A stretch of 39,361 bases of DNA, taken from a virus (taxonomy: Duplodnaviria > Caudoviricetes). The stretch is taken from IMG/VR virus record IMGVR_UViG_3300037424_000235, positions 1-39,361 of that record; one strand, 5' to 3'. The notes beneath the pieces are model-generated. The model worked only from the letters and a program-made list of their open reading frames with translations. It was not told the DNA's origin and made no database searches. Shown here in pieces: positions 7,684 through 15,971 of the stretch. Positions within the stretch are counted from its first letter, which is position 1. Each line of letters starts with the position of its first letter. The translations under genes and the position numbers were made by a program.

Positions 7684-9122
7684 TGGCCTTCCTTGCGAAC
7701 ATAGTCTCTAAGCTGAAGGGCGAGTATACGGGAGACACGCCGAACCCGTTTACCTCGATGTCCTCAGATCATGCTCCACATTTTGAGAAGCTCTACGACT
7801 ATTACGTAGGGGATAAGGCTGCGATCTTGAAGTGGATGCACAAGGCAATGTCCATTCAATTCAAGTATGAGAGTCTCCAGAGGATGCAGTTTCCCTATCT
7901 GAATATGGTTCACAAGATCATTGACAGGACAGCGCTTGCCTACAACGTCCCCCCGCTCCGGTATTTGGATACCGAAGGTGCGGACGAGGCATACCAGGAG
8001 ATTCTTGCCGGGAGCAACATCAATCAGAGGGCAAAGTCCTGGGGGAGGTTTGCCAAACTCCTTGACACGGTTTATGTGGGCGTGATCTGGAGAAAAGATC
8101 ACATCGAGTATGACATTCTTCCTCCTCACATGCTTAGGGTCGTAGTTAATCCCGATAACTTCCTGATTGCAGACAAACTCTCTTTCTCGATCATCCTCCC
8201 CGATGGGACTGTGGGTGCGGTTGTTTGGACCCCGACAGAAAATTATGTCGTTGATGAATACGGCAAGAGGCTCGCCAGCCCCGAAAACCCGGATGGTAAG
8301 AACCCCTATGGAGTAATCCCCTATCTCCCATGCCGTTTGAGGATGGTGGAGAACCATTGGGGAGAAGGGGACTCTGGTTTGGTGGACCTGGTTGAGAAGT
8401 CAAACATCATGCTCGTCTCGACCTTCCACAACGGGATCATGCAGTCCCACGGTCAGGCTGTTGCGATTAATCTTGGGGGGACAAGAGGAAAGGGCGATGC
8501 CTCTGAAGACGTTATCCTGACCGGCCCGGATACGATCATCGAGGCTAACGACGTAAGGAAGGACGTTGTTCAGCCGGACTTCTTTTACGCGCAGCCTCAG
8601 CCAGCGATTGAACCCTGCCTGAAGCAGATAGACTTCATGCTCAAGATGGCGGCGGTTGAAAGAGGACTCCCGGCAGAGTCTGTGTCTTTCGACGTTACGG
8701 CTCAGTCCGGGGCGGCAAAGTCCATCGACAATCAAGAGTTGATGGAAGTCAGACAGTCGGATATCGAAGCTCTGAGGGCTTTTGAAAAATCATTATTTGA
8801 GGTGACGAGGGAAGTCTGGAATTATCACGGCAAGCCCGGGATTCCGGAATCTGCGGTTTTCGGGATTGACTTCGACGAGCCCAAAGTCCAGCTATCGGAG
8901 AAGGAAGAGCTTGAAGTTAAGGAGAAGAAATATCCTCTCGGTCTCTGGACTCCGGTTGACGATGTGATTGACGAGGACGAAGGGATAGACGAGAAAGCAG
9001 CCGTTGAGCTAATCAGGCACAACCTTGAAATCAAGAAGGAATTGTCGGCGATAAATGCTCCTGAGATAGATCCGAATAAGCAGAATCTGCCAGATGACAA
9101 GGAGATGATGAATGGGCTTTGA
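7683..9122 (+). CDS. Portal protein (SPP1-like)
   Basis: Position after TerL, 479 aa, YDYYVG, NPYGVIPY, SGAAK motifs. Confidence 0.88.
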   Translation: MAFLANIVSKLKGEYTGDTPNPFTSMSSDHAPHFEKLYDYYVGDKAAILKWMHKAMSIQFKYESLQRMQFPYLNMVHKIIDRTALAYNVPPLRYLDTEGADEAYQEILAGSNINQRAKSWGRFAKLLDTVYVGVIWRKDHIEYDILPPHMLRVVVNPDNFLIADKLSFSIILPDGTVGAVVWTPTENYVVDEYGKRLASPENPDGKNPYGVIPYLPCRLRMVENHWGEGDSGLVDLVEKSNIMLVSTFHNGIMQSHGQAVAINLGGTRGKGDASEDVILTGPDTIIEANDVRKDVVQPDFFYAQPQPAIEPCLKQIDFMLKMAAVERGLPAESVSFDVTAQSGAAKSIDNQELMEVRQSDIEALRAFEKSLFEVTREVWNYHGKPGIPESAVFGIDFDEPKVQLSEKEELEVKEKKYPLGLWTPVDDVIDEDEGIDEKAAVELIRHNLEIKKELSAINAPEIDPNKQNLPDDKEMMNGL

Positions 9123-9300
9123 CGGTATTCCCCCGGGAACCATCAGGAGCCCTCGGGGGAATTCAGACACAGGAAGCAGGTTGACGGCGGAACAGTGGTG
9201 TAAGGGTGCGCCAAGAGATTCCCCCTTCCATCACTGGAGCAACACACAGAACAAGTTCTGTACCATTTGCGGAGTTGATTATGACAAAGCAACAGCATGA
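9112..9300 (+). CDS. Small hypothetical protein (HHW, CTIC)
   Basis: AGGAG upstream; overlaps portal end. Confidence 0.45.
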   Translation: MGFDGIPPGTIRSPRGNSDTGSRLTAEQWCKGAPRDSPFHHWSNTQNKFCTICGVDYDKATA

Positions 9301-9481
9301 TGATCTTCTGGCCCTCTTGAAGGGCGCGGAGGTCAAATTCGACATCCAAAGGATTTATGGTAATCAGTACAAGGGAGGGAAGGAACCCCTTGCCATGAGA
9401 GTGAAACTAAAGGGCTCCTATCTTGTGGACACGAGAGAGGAAGTCCCAACCCCCAAACAACCCGGACGGGTGAAGAAATGA
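9281..9481 (+). CDS. Small hypothetical protein
   Basis: GGAG RBS before ATG 9281; ATGA coupling to scaffold. Confidence 0.5.
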   Translation: MTKQQHDDLLALLKGAEVKFDIQRIYGNQYKGGKEPLAMRVKLKGSYLVDTREEVPTPKQPGRVKK

Positions 9482-10026
9482 CAGCAGAAGAGCAAGCCGC
9501 TGCGGATGCAGCGAAGGTCAAGGCGGATGCCGAGGCCAAGGCAAAAGCGGAAGCTGATGCCAAAGACAAGGGGCAGAAGACGTACTCGGAGGAGGCGTTC
9601 AAGCAGCTCATTGCCGAGCGGGACGCGGCAAAGGAAAAAGCAAGACTCTACGACGAGGAGAAAGCAAAGGCGGAAGCCGAGGCAAAGAAAGCCTCTGATG
9701 AAAAGGCGATTGCCGAAGGTAACGCCAAGAAACTCCTTGCCGAACGTGAGGCTGCTTTGACTGAAGCCCAGAAGAAACTCACAGCCTACGAGGAAGCCGA
9801 CAAGGCTACTCGGCAGGCCGCAATCGGCAGACTTACCGACCCCAAATTGAAAGAGGTGGCCGAAAAACTACCGACCACCGCCGACGTTTTGGGGTTCGTT
9901 GAGTTGGCCACAAACAGCAAAGTCAATCCCTTCAATGCGAATCCTCAAAAGACCGAAGGTGAGCCGAAGAAATATAAATCGGCTTACGAATGGGCCAAAG
10001 ATTTGCAGGCGCAGGGAAAGGCATAA
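9478..10026 (+). CDS. Capsid scaffolding protein
   Basis: Ala/Lys/Glu coiled coil with KTYSEE motif, immediately before capsid gene. Confidence 0.85.
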   Translation: MTAEEQAAADAAKVKADAEAKAKAEADAKDKGQKTYSEEAFKQLIAERDAAKEKARLYDEEKAKAEAEAKKASDEKAIAEGNAKKLLAEREAALTEAQKKLTAYEEADKATRQAAIGRLTDPKLKEVAEKLPTTADVLGFVELATNSKVNPFNANPQKTEGEPKKYKSAYEWAKDLQAQGKA

Positions 10027-10038
10027 AGGAGCAAGGAA

Positions 10039-10947
10039 ATGGCTTTCACCACAGTTCTCACAACCATCTCCGATGTGGATGATAGCATCATCACCCTTTT
10101 CGACCAGGGTGTGATCCTGTCTTACACGCCGGAACTCGTCGCTGACCAGCTGGCGAATGTCCGCCGGTCGATCAACGGCGCAGCGGAAAAATTCACGCTG
10201 TATTCCAATCTCGCAATTCCTTCGGCGCTGACAGAGGATACGGACCCCGCGTCGGTTGCGCTGGTTGACACGCCTGTGACCATCACCCCGGTAGAGGAGG
10301 GCAATGTCGTGACGCGGACGCGTCTGGCATACTTCCAGACCGGAGGGAAGGTTGATGTGGCGGCAGCACAGCTCGTTGGGAGGAACATGGGGGTCACGGT
10401 AGACTACAGGGCGGTCGCAATCCTGGAAGCCTTCTCGACGACCCGGATTTACCCCAACGCGGCTTCTTCGGCTGCGACGCTGACGACCGCAGATGTCTTG
10501 GACGCGAAGTTCGCGAGCAGGCTGTATAACAAGCTCTCGCGGCTCAACGTCCCCGGGCTCGGTGGCGGGAGCTACTTCGGCATCGCGCATGACGACTGTC
10601 TGCACGATCTGAGGGAGTCTTTGATCCCGATTAAACAGTACCAGGATCTTGCCTCGATCATGAATGGCGAGGTCGGTATGGCCTTCGGGATTCGCTGGCT
10701 CCGGTCTTCCAACGTCACGGTGACGGCTGATTCAAGCGGAACGATTGACTCTTACAAGGTCAACGTCCTTGGATTCAATGCGCTCGGGAAGGCCGTCTCT
10801 GACGAACCTCGTCCGGTTATCAGCGGTCCGTTTGACAAGTTGGGCCGGTTCGTGAACGTCGGATGGTATGGCCTGCTCAAATACGGGGTGGTTGACACCT
10901 CGGCCATGGTGCAGGGAATCTGCGCGTCGTCTGTTGGCGCGAACTAA
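10039..10947 (+). CDS. Major capsid protein (HK97 fold, N4 gp56-like)
   Basis: Strong RBS; LTEDTDP, EEGN, YFGIAH...HDLRE, NGEVGMAFGIRW, GPFDKLGRFVNVGWY. Confidence 0.9.
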   Translation: MAFTTVLTTISDVDDSIITLFDQGVILSYTPELVADQLANVRRSINGAAEKFTLYSNLAIPSALTEDTDPASVALVDTPVTITPVEEGNVVTRTRLAYFQTGGKVDVAAAQLVGRNMGVTVDYRAVAILEAFSTTRIYPNAASSAATLTTADVLDAKFASRLYNKLSRLNVPGLGGGSYFGIAHDDCLHDLRESLIPIKQYQDLASIMNGEVGMAFGIRWLRSSNVTVTADSSGTIDSYKVNVLGFNALGKAVSDEPRPVISGPFDKLGRFVNVGWYGLLKYGVVDTSAMVQGICASSVGAN

Positions 10948-10964
10948 GGAAAGGAGAAAATGAT

Positions 10965-11423
10965 ATGAAGAAGCTCCTTTTTGTGGTTCTCGCACTCCTG
11001 GTGGTCGCTGTCCTGTGTGACGCACAGACCATCAGCGTTCAGAGGGAAGTCAGCACGGGCGGCCTCCATGCTTACCGGACGGGCACAACGTTCGTTGCGA
11101 GGTCTTACGCTGACGACCAGATCGACACGACAACCGCATACGACATGGCGAGCTGGGAAAACGCCTATGTGGTCATAAGCTCTACTGACTCGATTGATGT
11201 CAGTCTGGGCTATATGCCCTCCTATGACGGGACCAGCTTCAAAGCGCCTGTGACCATTTCATCGTTCACAAGCGTTGTGGCTGCGGGGAACGTTCTTGCA
11301 ATCGCCCTTCCTGCTGGCGCTTTGGGATGTCCGAAGGTTCAGTTGACCTTTACATTCAACAGCTCTGGCAATGGGGTGGCGGGGACTACGACCTACAGCG
11401 CAAAACTCGTTCGGAAGCGGTAA
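10965..11423 (+). CDS. Signal-peptide-bearing beta protein in the capsid-decoration position
   Basis: MKKLLFVVLALLVVAVLCDA|Q; AAGGAG RBS; between MCP and a terminator; paralogue of next gene. Confidence 0.8.
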   Translation: MKKLLFVVLALLVVAVLCDAQTISVQREVSTGGLHAYRTGTTFVARSYADDQIDTTTAYDMASWENAYVVISSTDSIDVSLGYMPSYDGTSFKAPVTISSFTSVVAAGNVLAIALPAGALGCPKVQLTFTFNSSGNGVAGTTTYSAKLVRKR

Positions 11424-11429
11424 ACCAAC

Positions 11430-11459
11430 GGGGCGGGGGAGACCTCGCCCCTCTTTTTT
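11430..11459 (+). terminator. Intrinsic terminator after capsid operon
   Basis: GGGGCGGGG-GAGA-CCTCGCCCC then TCTTTTTT. Confidence 0.85.
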
Positions 11460-11468
11460 GGAGACACC

Positions 11469-11906
11469 ATGAAACGGCTACTCTCGATTGCGATACTCTC
11501 ACTCGTGGTTGCGGGAGCATCCGCACAGTACGTGAAGAACAACTACGAGTATCTGAAAACAGACCGGCTCGGCACACAGATTCTGGACATGGCCTATGTC
11601 TCTGAGCAGATCGACACAACTCAGGCTTTTGGCCCGGTAGACTTTGCTGCCGTGTTCGTGAATGTTCAGTCAAAGGATTCGGCCTCGATCCTGATAAAAT
11701 ACCAGCTTTCCTCTGATGGGGTGACCTGGGGGGCTTTGACTACCCTCGATTCGCTTTCGACTGCCGCTGGAGACTTCAAGAGCGTCAATCTGACTGCAAG
11801 CCTTTTGGGGGCCTACAGGGCAAGGTTGATTTTCACGATTCAGGATTACCGGCTCGGAACTTCAACGGCGACCTATACGGCAGGCTTAACCTCGAAGAAG
11901 TACTGA
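11469..11906 (+). CDS. Second signal-peptide-bearing beta protein, paralogue of 10965..11423
   Basis: MKRLLSIAILSLVVAGASA|Q; shared Y...QIDTT.A, S.DS, Y..S.DG, TY.A.L..K. Confidence 0.8.
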   Translation: MKRLLSIAILSLVVAGASAQYVKNNYEYLKTDRLGTQILDMAYVSEQIDTTQAFGPVDFAAVFVNVQSKDSASILIKYQLSSDGVTWGALTTLDSLSTAAGDFKSVNLTASLLGAYRARLIFTIQDYRLGTSTATYTAGLTSKKY

Positions 11907-11907
11907 C

Positions 11908-12564
11908 ATGGCCCTTTCCGCGAGGTCTATCATCACCGTTGCTCAGGCCAAGCTATATCTCAAAGTCGGGGCCTCGGAAACCTCTCTTGATTCGCTCCTT
12001 GAATCGTGGATTGACATTGTCTCAGGTCAGGTTGAAGATCTGATCGAGCAGAACTACGCCATCACAAGAGACGTGACCTCTTACCTTTCCGGTGATGGTG
12101 GATGCGAGTTGTTCTTGCAGTATTACCCATTCCAGGGACTTTCGGAAGCGACGGAAGCCCTGAAGCTTGCCAACCTTCAGTACCGGGGATCTGTGCTTGA
12201 TACCTGGCATGATCTCTTAACCGAAGTCGATTACGTCTTTACAGATCCGGTAGAGTACGACAGGATCAAACTCTTAGGGTACACGGTCTTCCCTTGTGGG
12301 GAGAAGAATATCAAGGTCACTTATTCAGCCGGCTGGGGAACGACTGCGACAGTCCCTTCGACATTCACAAAGGTTGCACTTGAAATGCTGAAGGTTATGG
12401 ATCTGGAGTCTGCCGAAGGGAAAAACTCTCTCGGGTATCAGTCCAAGAGCACCGCTGCTGCCGGGGTTAGTGGGTCAGACAGCTTTCTTGACATGATGCC
12501 GCGCTGGAACGGTATGCTCCAAAGCTATAAGAGGCTTCGCCGGCCTTTGAGGATGGTCCGGTAA
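11908..12564 (+). CDS. Head-tail adaptor (gp6/gp15-like)
   Basis: ITVAQAKLYLK...DSLLESWI, NIKVTYSAGW, VP motifs and position. Confidence 0.8.
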   Translation: MALSARSIITVAQAKLYLKVGASETSLDSLLESWIDIVSGQVEDLIEQNYAITRDVTSYLSGDGGCELFLQYYPFQGLSEATEALKLANLQYRGSVLDTWHDLLTEVDYVFTDPVEYDRIKLLGYTVFPCGEKNIKVTYSAGWGTTATVPSTFTKVALEMLKVMDLESAEGKNSLGYQSKSTAAAGVSGSDSFLDMMPRWNGMLQSYKRLRRPLRMVR

Positions 12565-13034
12565 TGGCAATCTCCCGCTTTGAAGATGTCATGTCTGACC
12601 TGAAGGCTGAGTTCGAGTCTATCCAATCAGGGACTACTTACAGAAGCTCCGTGGTCCTCCCGGTAGAGCTCGAACTGGTAGACCCCGATTCGGTTAAAGT
12701 CGGCCCAAAGGTTTTCATCGTCACTCTGGGAGAAAGACTGGTTTTCATCAACACAACGAAGACGATAGCCCACTCGGAGTTTGAAGTGGTTGTCGGTGGG
12801 ATAGTGAAGTCTGATCTTGGGAATCTTTACGATGACGTCAATGCCCTGGCCCATGACTTCAAGCAGTGCCTTTCGGGGTTTGCAATGAAGAACGTGAATA
12901 TCTCGGCTAACCGTTGGGTGGTCAAGAAAGACTCACCGCCCACGATGCAAAGAGGCATACCGCCCAAATCCAATTACGGGTGGGTGATGATGCAGTTCAC
13001 GGTTCAAATCTTCGCACAGGCGAGCACGTTTTGA
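12564..13034 (+). CDS. Probable tail terminator/completion protein
   Basis: Size, position and alpha/beta pattern; no strong motif. Confidence 0.55.
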   Translation: MAISRFEDVMSDLKAEFESIQSGTTYRSSVVLPVELELVDPDSVKVGPKVFIVTLGERLVFINTTKTIAHSEFEVVVGGIVKSDLGNLYDDVNALAHDFKQCLSGFAMKNVNISANRWVVKKDSPPTMQRGIPPKSNYGWVMMQFTVQIFAQASTF

Positions 13035-13528
13035 TAACGACAACGGTTGAAGCGAGTTTACCGAGAGTCGGGGAAGACCTTAGCCCTCTTATGAAGACGG
13101 TGGGTCTTTTGATGTTAGACTCCGTGAGGAAAACTTTCGGAGTCGGGGGAAGGCCCCTAACCTGGAAGGCACTCATTGGCGGAGAGGTTTCAAATCTCTT
13201 TGGCTCTGGAGGACTCTTACAGTCCCTTGAGATGACTTCAGGAATAGACTTCGCCGAAGTCTCCACAGATTTGCCTCATGCGAAGTGGATGCAGTGGGGG
13301 AGCCATCCTTTGGTGACCGAGAGATCGAAGAAGTTCTTTTGGATGAAATACATCCAGACTGGGCAGGATTTCTGGAAAGGGATGGCGCTGAAACACGTCG
13401 GGACGAGGTTGAACATCCCTCCCAGGCCGTTCATGTTGTTTCAAGAGGAAGATATCGAAACAATAAAATCCTTCTTCGGTGAAGGGTTGGTCAAATTCAT
13501 CACAGCAGACCAGGAGATAATCGGGTGA
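13031..13528 (+). CDS. Virion morphogenesis protein (Mu gpG-like)
   Basis: DLSPLM, GGRPLTWKAL, SGGLLQSL, HAKWMQWG, NIPPRPFM; TTG start overlapping previous stop. Confidence 0.8.
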   Translation: MITTTVEASLPRVGEDLSPLMKTVGLLMLDSVRKTFGVGGRPLTWKALIGGEVSNLFGSGGLLQSLEMTSGIDFAEVSTDLPHAKWMQWGSHPLVTERSKKFFWMKYIQTGQDFWKGMALKHVGTRLNIPPRPFMLFQEEDIETIKSFFGEGLVKFITADQEIIG

Positions 13529-13896
13529 TCGAAATAGGAGGCAATAAGTATCATTCAAGGAAAGTGTCTCAGAGAGATCCCTACCTGTCGGCAATCGCTG
13601 TTGAGGATTTGTTTCTGATCTCTGAGCAATTGGACGAGCTTTTGCCGAAGCGTGACAAGGAATCGCGCGAGAAATACCGGGCTCTCTGGCTGGAACTCTG
13701 CGGGATCTGTTTGGAGGAAGACGTTTCTCCCCTTGCCCTGGAGAAAATCACCCCGAAAGATAAGAGGGTACTCGTGGATTTTTTCGGGCTTCTTGCGGCT
13801 TCGGCGACCGGGAAGCTGCAAGATGGGAAAGAGAACTCAGCCGGTTCGGAGAGAAAAGAAGGCCAAGAAACAAACTCCCCGGTCGTTACGAGCTGA
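13525..13896 (+). CDS. Tail assembly chaperone (gpG-like)
   Basis: Precedes tape measure; VDFF at slippery site. Confidence 0.7.
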   Translation: MIEIGGNKYHSRKVSQRDPYLSAIAVEDLFLISEQLDELLPKRDKESREKYRALWLELCGICLEEDVSPLALEKITPKDKRVLVDFFGLLAASATGKLQDGKENSAGSERKEGQETNSPVVTS

Positions 13897-14030
13897 GTTA
13901 TACCCTCTACCTCTTGTGCGACGGGGATATTTCCAAGAGAAGGACAATCGGTCAAGAGTATAGCTACCCCGCCCTCCAGAGGTGGATGCTCTTAGGAGGG
14001 TATCACTACACGGAGACGAAACCGAAATAA
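13776..14030 (+). other. Predicted -1 frameshift site (G GAT TTT TTC) and gpGT-like extension
   Basis: The -1 frame is open from 13785 to TAA at 14028-14030: RASCGFGDREAARW...YTLYLLCDGDISKRRTIGQEYSYPALQRWMLL... Confidence 0.7.
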
Positions 14031-14035
14031 GAGTG

Positions 14036-14206
14036 TCAGGGCTTCTTGGATTTGGTTTGTGCGATATAGAGGTAGGTCAGCGGGGCGAATAGAACACAGG
14101 CGACACTCAGAGGGAACGATGCAATCCCTTTTTGTTCGGCGATTGAAACGTTGATGATGGCGATGACCCCCCAAGCGACGATAACAGCAAGCATCCATGC
14201 TTCCAT
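14036..14206 (-). CDS. 56-aa two-TM protein, moron/superinfection-immunity-like
   Basis: GGAG RBS; MEAWMLAVIVAWGVIAIINVSIAEQKGIASFPLSVACVLFAPLTYLYIAQTKSKKP; fills the chaperone-TMP gap; not in ORF track. Confidence 0.7.
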   Translation of the reverse strand: MEAWMLAVIVAWGVIAIINVSIAEQKGIASFPLSVACVLFAPLTYLYIAQTKSKKP

Positions 14207-14229
14207 GTGGGTCTCCGATTGGGCCTCAG

Positions 14230-14258
14230 AATGTGGAAAAAGGGACTGAGAAAGTCAA
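14230..14258 (-). promoter_or_regulatory. Putative promoter of the antisense membrane gene
   Basis: Minus strand TTGACT, 17 nt, CACATT. Confidence 0.4.
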
Positions 14259-15971
14259 ATGGCTGAGAATACCGTAACAATAAAAACGGTTTTTGAGGGC
14301 AAGGAACAACTCCGACAGTATAAGGCGGACATGGATCTTGCCTCAAAATCATTACAGCGGATTGACCTTGAACAACGGAATGGCATTCTCACCCAAAAAC
14401 AGGCGCTTACTGCTGTCGATGGGGTGATGAAAGGCGTCAAGGCGTATGGTTATGGTCTTCTTGACACGGTTAAGATTGAAACCCAGGCCTATCATGTCCA
14501 GCGCAGGATTGAGACGAATTGGAGAAGCATGGGGGATGCTCTTGGTGGCATCAGCGATAAGATGTCCCCAGCAACCCAAGCCCTTAAAAACTTTTACCGC
14601 GAACAAAGAGTACAAGACCGGACATTAAGAGAATCGTCGGCTGCCCTCGCGGGCTTTGCGAGTATGTTCGGGGGTGGCGGGGCGTTTACCAATGCCATTC
14701 AGGGTGCAGTTGGTGGGATTCAACAGACAGAATTTGCCCTTACTGGGATGGGGATAGCCGCGTCTTCGGCGGGTGGGGCAATGGCGAAGATGGCGCCAAT
14801 TCTTTTAGCCGCGGCCGGTCCTCTATCGGCGTTGGTGGGTGGTGCGGCGCTCCTCGTTGCTTGGTTCTCGGCGGCAAAAACTGAGACGAAGGATTTAACT
14901 AACAACATTGACGATTTGCGGTATGCTCTGGGGATTTACAATGACGAACAAATGCGTAGCATTCTTCTCGTTCGTATCAAGCTTGCCCAGGATGAACTCG
15001 AAAAGGCGAAGAAAGAAGCTGCTGGAGCAATACCGTGGGGAACGTTCTTTGATTTCTCGATGGGTGCACAGGGTGTTGCCAGCATTCTTGACCCAATCGT
15101 TCTGGCAGAGGGTCAGTTTGCAAATCTCTCGAAGGGCATGAAGGCGATTGAACCCCAACTGGAGGGGCTGTTGGGTGCTCAGAAGGCATTGAAGGATTTT
15201 GATGATAAGGCCGCGAAGGAGAGAGAAAAGAACAAAGATAAGGAGAGAGAAAAGAACAAAGATATTGTTGAAGCTCTTAGTGCGGAAGAAACTGGCCTTG
15301 CGTTGGTCAATGATAAATGGGCGAAGCAGTTCGAAATCATGTCAAAGGTTTCTGACCACATGAAGCTCCGTCCCTCGGAAAGACTTGACTACATCAAGCG
15401 CCAAGCCCCCGGTGCTCCGACACTCGCAAAGGAAGTCAAACCCGTCACCCTTGCCGACACGCTGAAGGAAATGGACAAAGCCGGCAAGGAATTAAACGGC
15501 TTTGAGTCATCCTTCAACTCTGCCTTCGGTCGGATGAACAACACGATAGGAGACTCAATCGGAGGGGGATTGGTTGAAGCCTTCGGAATTGGCCATACTC
15601 TTTTGGGACAATTTATCGCAGATTTCTCGGCTCAGATAATGAGCCTTACGACTATGGGTATCATCAAGGGGCTTTTCTCTCTGGGGAGTGGAGGCTTCGG
15701 GGCGGGGTTCCTCTCGGTCTTCAAATTCGCGAGCGGTGGCTGGATCAACGAACCTGTCTATGGAGTAGGTAAGAGCGGTAAACGCTACATGATCGGTGAG
15801 GAAGGCCCGGAATACGTTTCTCCCCGCAGAATGAATCAGATAGGGATGGCTTCAAGGGGCGGGGAACAGAGGATCATCGTTGAACTCGCCGGCGGCGTGA
15901 CCCTTTCGGGGGATCAGTTAAATATCGCCCTTGAAAAAGCCATGCCAAAGATTAGAGCCAGGAGAGCTTAG
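14259..15971 (+). CDS. Tail tape measure protein
   Basis: Ala/Gly-rich helical protein with TM-like segment; C-terminal FASGGWI...MIGEEGPEYV motif. Confidence 0.88.
   Translation: MAENTVTIKTVFEGKEQLRQYKADMDLASKSLQRIDLEQRNGILTQKQALTAVDGVMKGVKAYGYGLLDTVKIETQAYHVQRRIETNWRSMGDALGGISDKMSPATQALKNFYREQRVQDRTLRESSAALAGFASMFGGGGAFTNAIQGAVGGIQQTEFALTGMGIAASSAGGAMAKMAPILLAAAGPLSALVGGAALLVAWFSAAKTETKDLTNNIDDLRYALGIYNDEQMRSILLVRIKLAQDELEKAKKEAAGAIPWGTFFDFSMGAQGVASILDPIVLAEGQFANLSKGMKAIEPQLEGLLGAQKALKDFDDKAAKEREKNKDKEREKNKDIVEALSAEETGLALVNDKWAKQFEIMSKVSDHMKLRPSERLDYIKRQAPGAPTLAKEVKPVTLADTLKEMDKAGKELNGFESSFNSAFGRMNNTIGDSIGGGLVEAFGIGHTLLGQFIADFSAQIMSLTTMGIIKGLFSLGSGGFGAGFLSVFKFASGGWINEPVYGVGKSGKRYMIGEEGPEYVSPRRMNQIGMASRGGEQRIIVELAGGVTLSGDQLNIALEKAMPKIRARRA

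Noticed and set aside
9868-10605. Long minus-strand ORFs (also 7764-8357, 25099-25794, 26666-27247 and others)
   Set aside because: Antisense shadows of well-supported + strand genes, with no motifs or RBS
13652-13963. ORF-track 103-aa ORF as the frameshift extension
   Set aside because: It is the +1 frame; the slippery site leads to the -1 frame ending at 14030
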